Origin: Vulcanimicrobiota bacterium
GTDB taxonomy: Bacteria; Vulcanimicrobiota; Vulcanimicrobiia; Vulcanimicrobiales; Vulcanimicrobiaceae
Length of the DNA stretch: 64,000 bases
Assembly (NCBI GenBank): GCA_963738335.1
Contig: CAVTWE010000003.1
Location: 5,433-69,432, forward strand
Direction of reading: 5' to 3'
Shown here: in pieces, positions 9,285 through 17,265 of the stretch
Position numbering within the stretch: position 1 is the stretch's first letter
Layout: each line of letters opens with the position of its first letter
Notes under the pieces: model-generated
What the model was told of the DNA's origin: nothing
The model's database searches: none
What the model saw: only the letters and a program-made list of their open reading frames with translations
Made by a program: the position numbers and the translations under genes

Positions 9285-11289
9285 ATGCTTTCCGCGGCGC
9301 TGCGGCCCGGCAGCATCGGCACGCTGCGTCTGCCCAACCGAATCGTCATGGGCTCGATGCACCTCGGCATCGAGGCGAACGGCGCCGCCCTCGGCGAGTT
9401 CTACGCGCTACGGTCGAAGGGCGGCGCGGCGCTCATCGTGACCGGCGGCTCGTGCGTCAATCGCGCGGGCGCCGGTGGACGCAACTACAGTTTCATCAAC
9501 GAAGAAACGTCCACTCCGCCCCTTGCGCGCGCCGCCGAGGCCGTGCATCGCGCCGGCGGACGCATCGCGCTGCAGCTGTTCCATGCCGGGCGCTACGCGT
9601 ACCGCGAATCGTTCGGCATCCAACCGGTTGCGCCGTCGGCAATCGCGTCGCGCTTTTCGCCCGATCCGCCGCGCGCGATGGACGAACGCGACATCGAGCA
9701 GACCATCGCCGATTTTGCAAGCGGCGCGGAGCGCGCCCGCGCGCTGGGTTTCGATGCAGTCGAAGTGATGGCGTCGGAAGGCTATCTGCTCAATCAGTTT
9801 CTTTCGCCCTTGACGAACTGCCGCGACGATGCATGGGGCGGCGATCTCGAACGGCGCATGCGAATGCCGCTGACCGTTCTGCGCGCCATCCGCAGCGCCG
9901 CAGGCGATGATTTCCCGGTGATATTCCGCATTTCGGGCGCCGATTTGATGCCAGGATCGAGCACACAGGACGAAAGCTTGGCGTTCGCCCGACGGCTCGT
10001 CGCCGAACGGCGTCGACGCGCTCAACGTCGGCATCGGCTGGCACGAATCGCGAATTCCGACCGTGCAGCAGCTGGTGCCGCATGGCGTGTGGGTGCGCTT
10101 CGCAACCGCGGTCAAGGGCGTCGCCGGCGATTTGCCGGTGATCGCGAGCAATCGCATCAACAGCATGGAACTCGCCGAGAGCGTGCTCGCATCGGGAGCA
10201 GCGGACTTCGTTTCCATGGCACGTCCGTTTCTCGCCGACGCGGAGATCGTCGCCAAGTCGGTGCGCGGCGACGCGGCACTGGTGGACACGTGCATCGCGT
10301 GCAATCAAGCGTGCATCGACCGTTCCTTGATCGACGCGCCGGTGTCGTGCATGGTCAATCCGCGCGCCGGCCGCGAAATCGACTTCCCCGAACGGCGGAC
10401 CGTTGCGCCGCGTCGTTTTGCCGTCGTCGGCGGTGGCCCTGCGGGAATGGAGTGCGCGCGCGCCTTGGCGGCGCTCGGCCATCGCGTCGAGGTATTCGAA
10501 GCGGAAACCGAGTTGGGTGGTCAGTTTCGCATGGCGCGCCGCATTCCGGGAAAAGCCGAGTTCGGCGAAACGATCCGCTACTTCAGCAACGAGTTGCCGC
10601 GGCTCGGCGTTATCGTGCACTTGACTGCGCGGGTGCGGGATGCACGGTCGCTGCGCGGTTTCGACGGCGTCGTACTGGCCACGGGCGTGCTGCCCAAAAG
10701 GATAACCATGGACGGCCGAGGTCTGGCGCACGTCATAGACTACGCACAACTTCTCGCGCACGATGTACCGGCCGGTGAGCGGGTCGCAATTCTCGGCGCC
10801 GGCGGCATCGGCGTCGACGTCGCGCACTTCCTCAGTCACGGCCGGACGGATGCCGATGTAACGACTCGCTTTCTCTACGAGCAAGGTTTGGCGGCGCCCG
10901 AAGACGGCGCCGTGCTCGTCACCAGACGCAAGACCGTCGCGATGATGCGTCGGGGACATAGCATCGGCGAGCGCCTCGGCAAGACGACGCGCTGGGCGGT
11001 GCTCGCCGCGTTACGCGCAGCAGGCGTCAACACGATTACCGGCGTCGTCTATGAAGCGATCGAACCTGGCGGGATTCGCGTGCGCACCGCTTCAGGTGAG
11101 GCGCGGCTGGTCGAAGCAGATACGGTGATCGTTGCGGCCGGCCAAGAACGCAACGACGCACTCCTCGACGGCATTCGCTCGTTGGACGTTCCCTACCGCG
11201 TCGTTGGAGGCGCCAAGGATGCCGCCGAACTCGACGCCGTCCGGGCCTTCGAGGAAGGTTTACGAGCGGCACACGAGCTTTGCCGCTAA
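9285..11289 (+). pseudogene. 2,4-dienoyl-CoA reductase-like flavoprotein (OYE/FMN barrel + 4Fe-4S + FAD/NAD(P) domain), frame-disrupted near 10008
   Basis: The N-terminus LPNRIVMGSMH...LQLFHAGRY...FDAVEVMASEGYLLNQFLSP...DAWGG is in ORF 9285. It continues GVDALNVGIGWHESRIPTVQQ...CIACNQACIDR...FAVVGGGPAGMECARALAALGHRVEVFE...GGQ in ORF 10063..11289. Confidence 0.88.
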
Positions 11290-11312
11290 GCCGCCATTGT
11301 TCCGTCCCGAAT

Positions 11313-11597
11313 CTACAGCGAACCGGCGCCGTTCAACAGCGACTGCAACTCCACCACATGATCGGCGAATGCGTCGCGCCCTTTTTGCGTTAAGCGATAG
11401 CGTGTCAGCGGGCGGCGACTCACGAAGCGCTTCTCCTCCTGGACGTATCCCGCTTCCACCAGTTTGCCGAGATGCGCGCCGAGATTGCCGCCGGTGGTTT
11501 CCAGTGCGCGCACGAGTTCGGTGAAGGTTACCCAATCGTAGTTGATGAGCTCCGCAACGACGCCGAGGCGTATTTTTGACAAGAGCAGTTCGTTCAC
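11313..11597 (-). CDS. winged-helix transcriptional regulator (HTH_34/ArsR-like small regulator)
   Basis: 94 aa: LGVVAELINYDWVTFTELVRALETTGGNLGAHLGKLVEAGYV...RPLTRYRLTQKGRDAF is a winged-helix pattern. Confidence 0.7.
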   Translation of the reverse strand: MNELLLSKIRLGVVAELINYDWVTFTELVRALETTGGNLGAHLGKLVEAGYVQEEKRFVSRRPLTRYRLTQKGRDAFADHVVELQSLLNGAGSL

Positions 11598-11606
11598 GTC
11601 GGTCGG

Positions 11607-12185
11607 CTAATCTCGGGAAAAGAGTTCGGTAAGGCCGAATCCGCCGTAACCGACGAGCATGCCGGCCGCCAAAATGTACGCCGACGGCGTCGCGCTTTGA
11701 AAGTTCGCGACGATGAGCGATGCGACGACCACGACGCCCGCAACCAGCGCGCGCCGGTTGCCGTGCATTCCGATGTACAGCAAGACGATCGCTTCGACGA
11801 CGCTCCATATGGCCGCCGATGCGATGCCGGGAAAGAGATGGAACGCCGCGACGTCTGCGACGAAGGCAAGGACCACCGTGATCCAGAGCACCTTAAAGAA
11901 CTCGCGTTGCACGAGCGAACTGCGCGTTAGCGTCCGATTCAGCTGTCGCCCGCGCACGAACGAAAACATCGCGCACGCAACGAGAATCGCCGGAGCGCAC
12001 CACGCCGAGTTCGACGGTAGCCGTCCGCTGTCGATCGCGGCAAAGAGCGCCGTCACCGCCGCCGAACCGGCGCCCCAAACGACGAAGAACTCGCCTCCGG
12101 CGCAAAGCCGCTGCTGCGTTTGCTGCAAGATGCGATCGACCATGGCGATCTGTTCTTGCGCTTGGGTCTGATCGAAGCCGTTCAC
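11607..12185 (-). CDS. hypothetical polytopic membrane protein (operonic with the wHTH regulator)
   Basis: 192 aa with about 5 hydrophobic segments and a GTG start. It lies 10 nt upstream of the regulator gene. Confidence 0.6.
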   Translation of the reverse strand: MNGFDQTQAQEQIAMVDRILQQTQQRLCAGGEFFVVWGAGSAAVTALFAAIDSGRLPSNSAWCAPAILVACAMFSFVRGRQLNRTLTRSSLVQREFFKVLWITVVLAFVADVAAFHLFPGIASAAIWSVVEAIVLLYIGMHGNRRALVAGVVVVASLIVANFQSATPSAYILAAGMLVGYGGFGLTELFSRD

Positions 12186-12289
12186 GTTCGGAACTCCTTA
12201 CGTACCAAGGCAAACGCGATGGCGATGCCGATCAGCCACACGAAAGCGTGCGAAGGGCCGCCTGCAGACCACAGCCACCACATTGCCAA
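12182..12289 (-). CDS. possible small membrane protein (not in ORF track; true start unclear)
   Basis: The frame reads ...ATWCLAKFVIRWAFFGLAMWWLWSAGGPSHAFVWLIGIAIAFALVRKEFRT*. Its TGA overlaps the GTG of the downstream gene (GTGA). Canonical starts exist only at TTG 12289 and ATG 12283, yet the hydrophobic frame continues upstream. Confidence 0.3.
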   Translation of the reverse strand: MAMWWLWSAGGPSHAFVWLIGIAIAFALVRKEFRT

Positions 12290-12407
12290 ACCGAAGAACG
12301 CCCAGCGAATGACGAACTTGGCGAGACACCAGGTCGCGGGTATTGAGAGTAGGATTTAGAATAGTCTGTTTCATAGAGTATTCTGACATTACAGCAGAGT
12401 GCTGCCC

Positions 12408-12436
12408 TTGTCAAGGCGCGGCAGCCCTGGTATCGT
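12408..12436 (+). promoter_or_regulatory. candidate sigma70-type promoter for rplU, implying a near-leaderless transcript
   Basis: TTGTCA (12408-13), a 17-nt spacer, then TATCGT (12431-36). The ATG follows 9 nt later, with no Shine-Dalgarno. The hairpin GCTGCC...GGCAGC (12401-12425) overlaps the -35 region. Confidence 0.3.
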
Positions 12437-12445
12437 ACCGAAGTC

Positions 12446-12760
12446 ATGTACGCGATCATCGAAGCCGGCGGCAAGCAGTACCGCGTCGCCGAAGGCGACG
12501 TCATTCAGTGCGATCTCGTGGGAAGCGACGTCGGGTCCGACGTCACGTTCGATCACGTGGTCCTGGCCGCGAACGGCGACGACGTGACCGTCGGCAGTCC
12601 GACGCTCAGCGGCGCATCGGTTACAGGAACGGTTCTGCGCCAGGGCAAGGGCAAGAAGATACTCGTCTTCCGCTATAAGCCCAAAAAGCGCGTGCGCAAA
12701 CTCAATGGCCACCGCCAGCCCTTCGCCGAAGTCAAGATCACCAAGATTTCGCTGCCCTAA
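12446..12760 (+). CDS. rplU: 50S ribosomal protein L21
   Basis: MYAIIEAGGKQYRVAEGDVI... followed by ...FRYKPKKRVRKLNGHRQPFAEVKI. Confidence 0.95.
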   Translation: MYAIIEAGGKQYRVAEGDVIQCDLVGSDVGSDVTFDHVVLAANGDDVTVGSPTLSGASVTGTVLRQGKGKKILVFRYKPKKRVRKLNGHRQPFAEVKITKISLP

Positions 12761-12779
12761 CGCGGGCGCCTAACTCCCC

Positions 12780-13161
12780 GTGCTGGAGATTACGTTTTTC
12801 CGCGACGGCGACGGCCGGTTCGCGGGATTTGCCGCGCGCGGGCACGCCGATTTTGCCGAGTACGGGCAAGATATCGTCTGCGCGGCGGTCTCGGCGATTT
12901 TGCAAGCAGCGCGTCTCGGACTGGAGCACTACGCCGCCGGCGAGATCGAGGCGACGCAAGAGCGCGGGCTCATGCGGCTCGTCGTCGGCGAGGGCCGGCG
13001 CGACGATGAAAGCATCGCCGCGATCGGCACGACCGCCGATCTTGGCCGTCACGCAGGTCGCGCGGCGTTTTAACGACCACGTGAGCATCGGCCACGAGAC
13101 GATCGAGGGCGACGCGAAACGTGGCGCCACATTTCGGGTATCAAACGTGGCAAACGACTAA
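12780..13161 (+). pseudogene. ribosomal-processing cysteine protease Prp (L27 N-terminal protease), apparent frameshift near 13040
   Basis: The His/Cys dyad context is present: RGHADFAEYGQDIVCAAVSAILQ. After ...DDESIAAIGTTA the family-typical C-terminal helix (ILAVTQVARRFNDHVSI) is read only in the frame of ORF 12829..13161. Confidence 0.7.
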
Positions 13162-13172
13162 GGAGAATAACA

Positions 13173-13454
13173 ATGTCGGAAAGTTTTCGCACGAGCCCGG
13201 CCGATCAGCCGTGGTCCACGTCCAGAGGCGGCGGCAACGGTTCGCAGAGCGGCTTGGAGCCCAACTCGCAGGATATGGATAGCGGTGAAGCCGGTAAAGT
13301 GGTGTTGGCCGGCGTGCTCGGCGGTTTATTGTCGGCCGCGGGTTATATGATCTATCGCCGTCTTCCCGAGGATCAGAAGGAACGGCTGCACTCGCAGGTT
13401 CGCTCGATCGTGCAGCAGCGCATCACCGAGATTCGCCAAAACTTCAATATCTAG
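13173..13454 (+). CDS. hypothetical small membrane-anchored protein
   Basis: A strong SD (AAGGAG) sits 8 nt before the ATG. There is one TM segment (VVLAGVLGGLLSAAGYMIY) followed by a charged helix. It occupies the position where rpmA is normally found. Confidence 0.6.
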   Translation: MSESFRTSPADQPWSTSRGGGNGSQSGLEPNSQDMDSGEAGKVVLAGVLGGLLSAAGYMIYRRLPEDQKERLHSQVRSIVQQRITEIRQNFNI

Positions 13455-13683
13455 CGGCCGCCGAACGGCTCCGGCGGTTCGGGCGGCACGGGCGGTGCAG
13501 GCGGCGGCGCATGCGGCTCGTTCGCATCCGCCGCGCGTTCCATTTCTGCGACGAACGATGCGACGTGTTCTGCACTTCCCGCATAAAGCGGCCGGCCTGG
13601 CGCATCACTTTGGGCAGCCGGTCCGGCCCAAAGAGCATCAGCGCAAGGACCGAAACGACGAGAACGTCGGGAACGGAGAACAT
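13451..13683 (-). pseudogene. tatA: Sec-independent translocase subunit TatA/TatB family, apparent frameshift near 13560
   Basis: MFSVPDVLVVSVLALMLFGPDRLPKVMRQAGRFMREVQ is a canonical Tat TM plus amphipathic helix. The plausible acidic/Pro tail (ASFVAEMERAADANEPHAPPPAPPVPPEPPEPFGGR*) is in the adjacent frame. The in-frame continuation is an Arg-rich string. Confidence 0.75.
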
Positions 13684-13769
13684 CGCCCCTAGTTTCCGGA
13701 CACGGCGTGCGCCGTTCCGCCGCTGCGGCAGGGCTGCCTTGGGTACCCGGCCAAGCAAGACGGCCCGCT

Positions 13770-14048
13770 GTGAAGATCGTGTACACGCGCGGCAACCGTA
13801 CCGAAACGCTGGCATCCCTGACGACCCTGCGAAAGATTCTCAATCGCTTCGTCGCACGTCGCGTTTTCTACGAAGTCTCGAGCCGGAACGCACGCGGCCA
13901 AGAGTTTTTCTCGGCCAAGAACTTGTTCGTCGTCGGCCTCATCGAGGTGAGCAACGTCGAACATCTGCGCATCCTCGTTTTCGATGCGAACAATTCGGCG
14001 CATTCGATCGAGATCCTCAATCCCGCAAACGATGCGCATCTACGATGA
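13770..14048 (+). CDS. hypothetical protein
   Basis: GTG start. VKIVYTRGNRTETLASLTTLRKILNRF...FVVGLIEVSNVEHLRILVFD. High GC3 in this frame. I recognise no family. Confidence 0.4.
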   Translation: MKIVYTRGNRTETLASLTTLRKILNRFVARRVFYEVSSRNARGQEFFSAKNLFVVGLIEVSNVEHLRILVFDANNSAHSIEILNPANDAHLR

Positions 14049-14250
14049 GATTCCGGGACGCGGTTTCGCCGTTTCCTTTGTCAGCGGCAACGAGGAAAGC
14101 GTCGAAACGCGCTGCTACCTCCGCGACGAAGGCGATCAGAACGAAGGCATCCACGAACGCACTGCGCTGGAACGCATCACGTTGCCGCAACTCTTCCAGT
14201 ACCTCGAAGCGATTACGACCAGCGAAACGGCCGCAAGCGGCCAGGGCTGA
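14031..14250 (+). CDS. hypothetical protein (overlaps preceding ORF by 18 nt; the two could be one frameshifted gene)
   Basis: MRIYDEIPGRGFAVSFVSGNEESVETRCYLRDEGDQNEGIHERTALERITLPQLFQYLEAI... The composition is protein-like. Confidence 0.4.
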
Positions 14251-14672
14251 ATCTGCGCCTTGCGCGCGCGCCATTCGAGACGCTGCGCCTGGCGTAACGC
14301 GCGCACGCCTTCGGCGATGCGTCCCGTCTTTTTATATGCCACGCCGAGATTGAAATAGGCGACGGCATATTCCGCGTCGGCAGCAATCGCGCGTTCGTAG
14401 TGCTCGATCGCGCCGGCGACGTCGTCGTCTTCCAAAGCAAGATTGCCGAGGTTCGTCAAAGCGCCGGCGTGGCGCGGATGCAGCTGCAGCGCTGCGTGCG
14501 AAATCCTCGCGCGCCTCATGGCGTTTTCCTAAACCCATGCGAGCGACGCCGCGCTTATTGTGGAGAAAAGCGCGTTCCGCGGGCTCGGCCTCATCGCGCG
14601 CCAGCAGCGCGTCAAGCTCGCGCTCGCGCGCGTTCGAAATCGCGGCGTTCGAGCGCGTCGAGCGCGCAAGCA
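14136..14672 (-). pseudogene. tetratricopeptide-repeat protein, apparent frameshift near 14495; 3' end uncertain
   Basis: ATG 14672 gives ...AERAFLHNKRGVARMGLGKRHEAREDFA in one frame. It continues ...AALQLHPRHAGALTNLGNLALEDDDVAGAIEHYERAIAADAEYAVAYFNLGVAYKKTGRIAEG in the frame of ORF 14136..14519. Confidence 0.65.
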
Positions 14673-14708
14673 TATTCGGGCCGGTTCGCAAACACTTGTG
14701 ACGGACAT

Positions 14709-15414
14709 GTTCTCGGTGGATCTCGTTACGCTCTTTCCCGAGCTCTTCGCACCGTTCGTCGGACTCTCGATCCTCGGGCGCGCCGTCGAAGCCGGTTTGG
14801 TCGGCGTGCGCTACCATCATTTGCTCGACGACCTTGAACCGAGCGAACGCGCCGACGATGCACCGTTCGGCGGAGGCCCGGGAATGGTTTTGCGCATCGA
14901 GCCGATCGCCCGGGCGCTGGACGCCATCGTAGCGCAAGCGCCGGCCGGCGAACGACGGCTCATCGTCGTGCCGAGCGCGGCGGGGCGGCCCTTCGATCAG
15001 CGGGAGGCCGAGCGCTGTTCGACCCTCGACCGGATCGTTTTCGTCTGTGGTCACTATGAGGGAATCGACGATCGCCTAGGCCGGCTCTACGAGGTGGAAG
15101 AGTATTCCTTGGGCGATTTCGTGATGACCGGCGGCGAAATTGCGGCGCTCGCTTTTCTCGACGCAACCGTTCGTCTGGTCCCGGGCGTGGTCAACGCCGC
15201 CTCGCTGGCCCAAGAGTCGTTCGCATCGGGCTGGCTCGACTACCCCTCGTATACGCGGCCCGCGGCGTTCCGCGGGATCGACGTGCCGGCGGTCCTGCTT
15301 TCGGGCGATCACGCTGCCATTGCGAAGTGGCGCCGCGAGGAATCGCGACGCCGGACCGCTCGCCGCCGGGCCGACCTGCTGCAGAGCGCCTTGCACCCGC
15401 AGGAAAAGCCATGA
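14709..15414 (+). CDS. trmD: tRNA (guanine37-N1)-methyltransferase
   Basis: MFSVDLVTLFPELF...DDAPFGGGPGMVL...VCGHYEGIDDR...EYSLGDFVMTGGEIAALAFLDA. Confidence 0.95.
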
Positions 15415-15424
15415 TAGGATACGC

Positions 15425-15449
15425 AGCGCCGGGCTCGTGGCCCGGCGCT
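15425..15449 (+). promoter_or_regulatory. GC-rich hairpin in the trmD-rplS spacer (possible attenuator or L19-leader-like element)
   Basis: AGCGCCGGGC-tcgtg-GCCCGGCGCT is a 10-bp perfect stem. It is followed by TTCATT and, 13 nt later, TTTTT. Confidence 0.35.
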
Positions 15450-15478
15450 TCATTGCGCCCCCTTTTTACGGAAAAGCC

Positions 15479-15832
15479 ATGAACGTTATCGACGTACTCA
15501 ACCAAGAGCAACTCAAGGACGGTGTACCGCAGTTTCGCGCGGGCGACACCGTTAAAGTCTATTCCAAAGTGGTCGAAGGCGGCAAAGAGCGCACGCAGAT
15601 GTTCGAAGGCGTCGTCATCATTCGCAAGGGCGGAGCCGCCGGTGAATCGATCACCATTCGCCGCATCGCCCACGGCGTGGGCGTCGAAAAGACGTTCCTC
15701 TTGCACAGCCCTCGCGTCGAGCGCGTCGAGGTCGGCAAGCGCGGTATCGTTTCGCGCAGCCGTTTGTACTACCTCAGCGAAAAGGTCGGTAAAGCGGCGC
15801 GCATCAAGGAAAAGAAAGCCAAAGGAACCTGA
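15479..15832 (+). CDS. rplS: 50S ribosomal protein L19
   Basis: MNVIDVLNQEQLKDGVPQFRAGDTVKVYSKVVEGGKERTQMFEGVVI...RRIAHGVGVEKTF. Confidence 0.95.
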   Translation: MNVIDVLNQEQLKDGVPQFRAGDTVKVYSKVVEGGKERTQMFEGVVIIRKGGAAGESITIRRIAHGVGVEKTFLLHSPRVERVEVGKRGIVSRSRLYYLSEKVGKAARIKEKKAKGT

Positions 15833-15841
15833 CGAGCCGCT

Positions 15842-16504
15842 CTGACACCGCTGCAGCTCGTCGCCGCCGTCGGTCTGCTCGCGATTGCTCGTTTCGCGCT
15901 GTCGCGCCCGCTCCCGAAAAGCACCCCGTTCTTCGATGCGCTGATCGTGGTCGCGTTGGCGATGCTCTTCCTGCTCACGTTCGTCATTCGCACGTTTTAT
16001 ATTCCGTCGGTCTCCATGGTGCCGACGTTGCGCGTAGGCGATGTGCTCTTAGCGGACGAGGTGGCGTATCGGTTCGGTGCGCCGCAAGACGGCGACGTTG
16101 CGCTCTTTCTTCCGCCCGTCTATTCGGGCGGTAATGATTTCGTGAAGCGCGTGGTCGGCGTACCCGGTGACTCCATACGCATCCGCGACGGTATCGTCAT
16201 TCGTAACGGCATCGCGCTGCGCGAGCCGTACGAGAACGAGCCGCCCAACTACGATTTGGCGATTCGCAACGACGAGATCTACGTCAACGGGTCGCCGCTC
16301 GACCGCCATAAAGCCGACATTCCGGGGGCATCGCTCTGGCAGCGACCCGATCGAGTTCCGCGCGATTTCTATTTCGTGCTCGGCGACAACCGCAACTATT
16401 CCGAGGATTCGCACGTGTGGGGTTTCGTGAAAAAGCGCACGTTCACGGGACGCGCATTCGCGATCGTCTGGCCGCCGAGCCGGCTGCAGGCATTGGTGCG
16501 ATAG
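15842..16504 (+). CDS. lepB: signal peptidase I, paralog 1 (homologous N-terminus begins at CTG 15842; first canonical start is GTG 15947)
   Basis: IPSVSMVPTLRVGDVLL...DFVKRVVGVPGD...VLGDNRNYSEDSHVWGFV. The N-terminus LTPLQLVAAVGLLAIAR aligns with MTPMQLLAIVAVIAIVR of paralog 2. Confidence 0.85.
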   Translation: MTPLQLVAAVGLLAIARFALSRPLPKSTPFFDALIVVALAMLFLLTFVIRTFYIPSVSMVPTLRVGDVLLADEVAYRFGAPQDGDVALFLPPVYSGGNDFVKRVVGVPGDSIRIRDGIVIRNGIALREPYENEPPNYDLAIRNDEIYVNGSPLDRHKADIPGASLWQRPDRVPRDFYFVLGDNRNYSEDSHVWGFVKKRTFTGRAFAIVWPPSRLQALVR

Positions 16505-16506
16505 CG

Positions 16507-17241
16507 ATGACACCGATGCAACTCTTAGCCATCGTGGCCGTCATTGCGATCGTGCGCGGGGTGCTATCCTTGCGTCCGGTTGTCGCTTCCTCGTCGGGGC
16601 GCAGCACCGGCATTGCCCGCGAGTTCCTCGATCCGTTCATCGTGGCCGGTCTTGCCGCATGGGTGCTCATTACGTTCGTCGCGCGCACCTATTATATTCC
16701 GTCGGGGTCGATGCTGCCGACGCTGCAGATTCACGACGTGCTCTTGGTGGATAAGTTCGAGTACCGGTTTCATCCGCCGCACGAAGGCGATATCGTCGTC
16801 TTTCCGCCGCCCGTACCGACGCCCGACGATTTCATCAAGCGCGTCATCGGCCGTCCCGGCGATCGGTTACGCATCGCCGGCGGCATCGTCTACGTCAACG
16901 GCGTGGCGCTCCATGAGCCGTATATCGCCGAGAAGCCGTCGTACAATCTCGAGATCCGCGACCACGGTATCTTCATCAACTACGGCGTCGGCTGGCAGCG
17001 GTTGCTCTCCGACGGAGCGAACGTGCCGCCGCCCTCGCAGTGGCTCGCGCCGGATCGCATTCCGCCGCACTGTTACATCATGCTGGGCGATAATCGCAAC
17101 GACTCCGAAGATTCACACATCTGGGGCTTCGCGCAAGACGGCGGCCGGTTCGCCACCGGTCAACGAGCCGGCGCTGAAGGCGGGTTCACCGGACGCGCGT
17201 TTCTGATCTTCTGGCCTCCCTCGCAGGCGAAGATTCTCTAA
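16507..17241 (+). CDS. lepB: signal peptidase I, paralog 2
   Basis: IPSGSMLPTLQIHDVLLV...DFIKRVIGRPGD...MLGDNRNDSEDSHIWGF. The ATG lies 2 nt after the paralog 1 stop. Confidence 0.92.
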   Translation: MTPMQLLAIVAVIAIVRGVLSLRPVVASSSGRSTGIAREFLDPFIVAGLAAWVLITFVARTYYIPSGSMLPTLQIHDVLLVDKFEYRFHPPHEGDIVVFPPPVPTPDDFIKRVIGRPGDRLRIAGGIVYVNGVALHEPYIAEKPSYNLEIRDHGIFINYGVGWQRLLSDGANVPPPSQWLAPDRIPPHCYIMLGDNRNDSEDSHIWGFAQDGGRFATGQRAGAEGGFTGRAFLIFWPPSQAKIL

Positions 17242-17265
17242 GCGGCTACGCGAAAGAGCGCCTTC

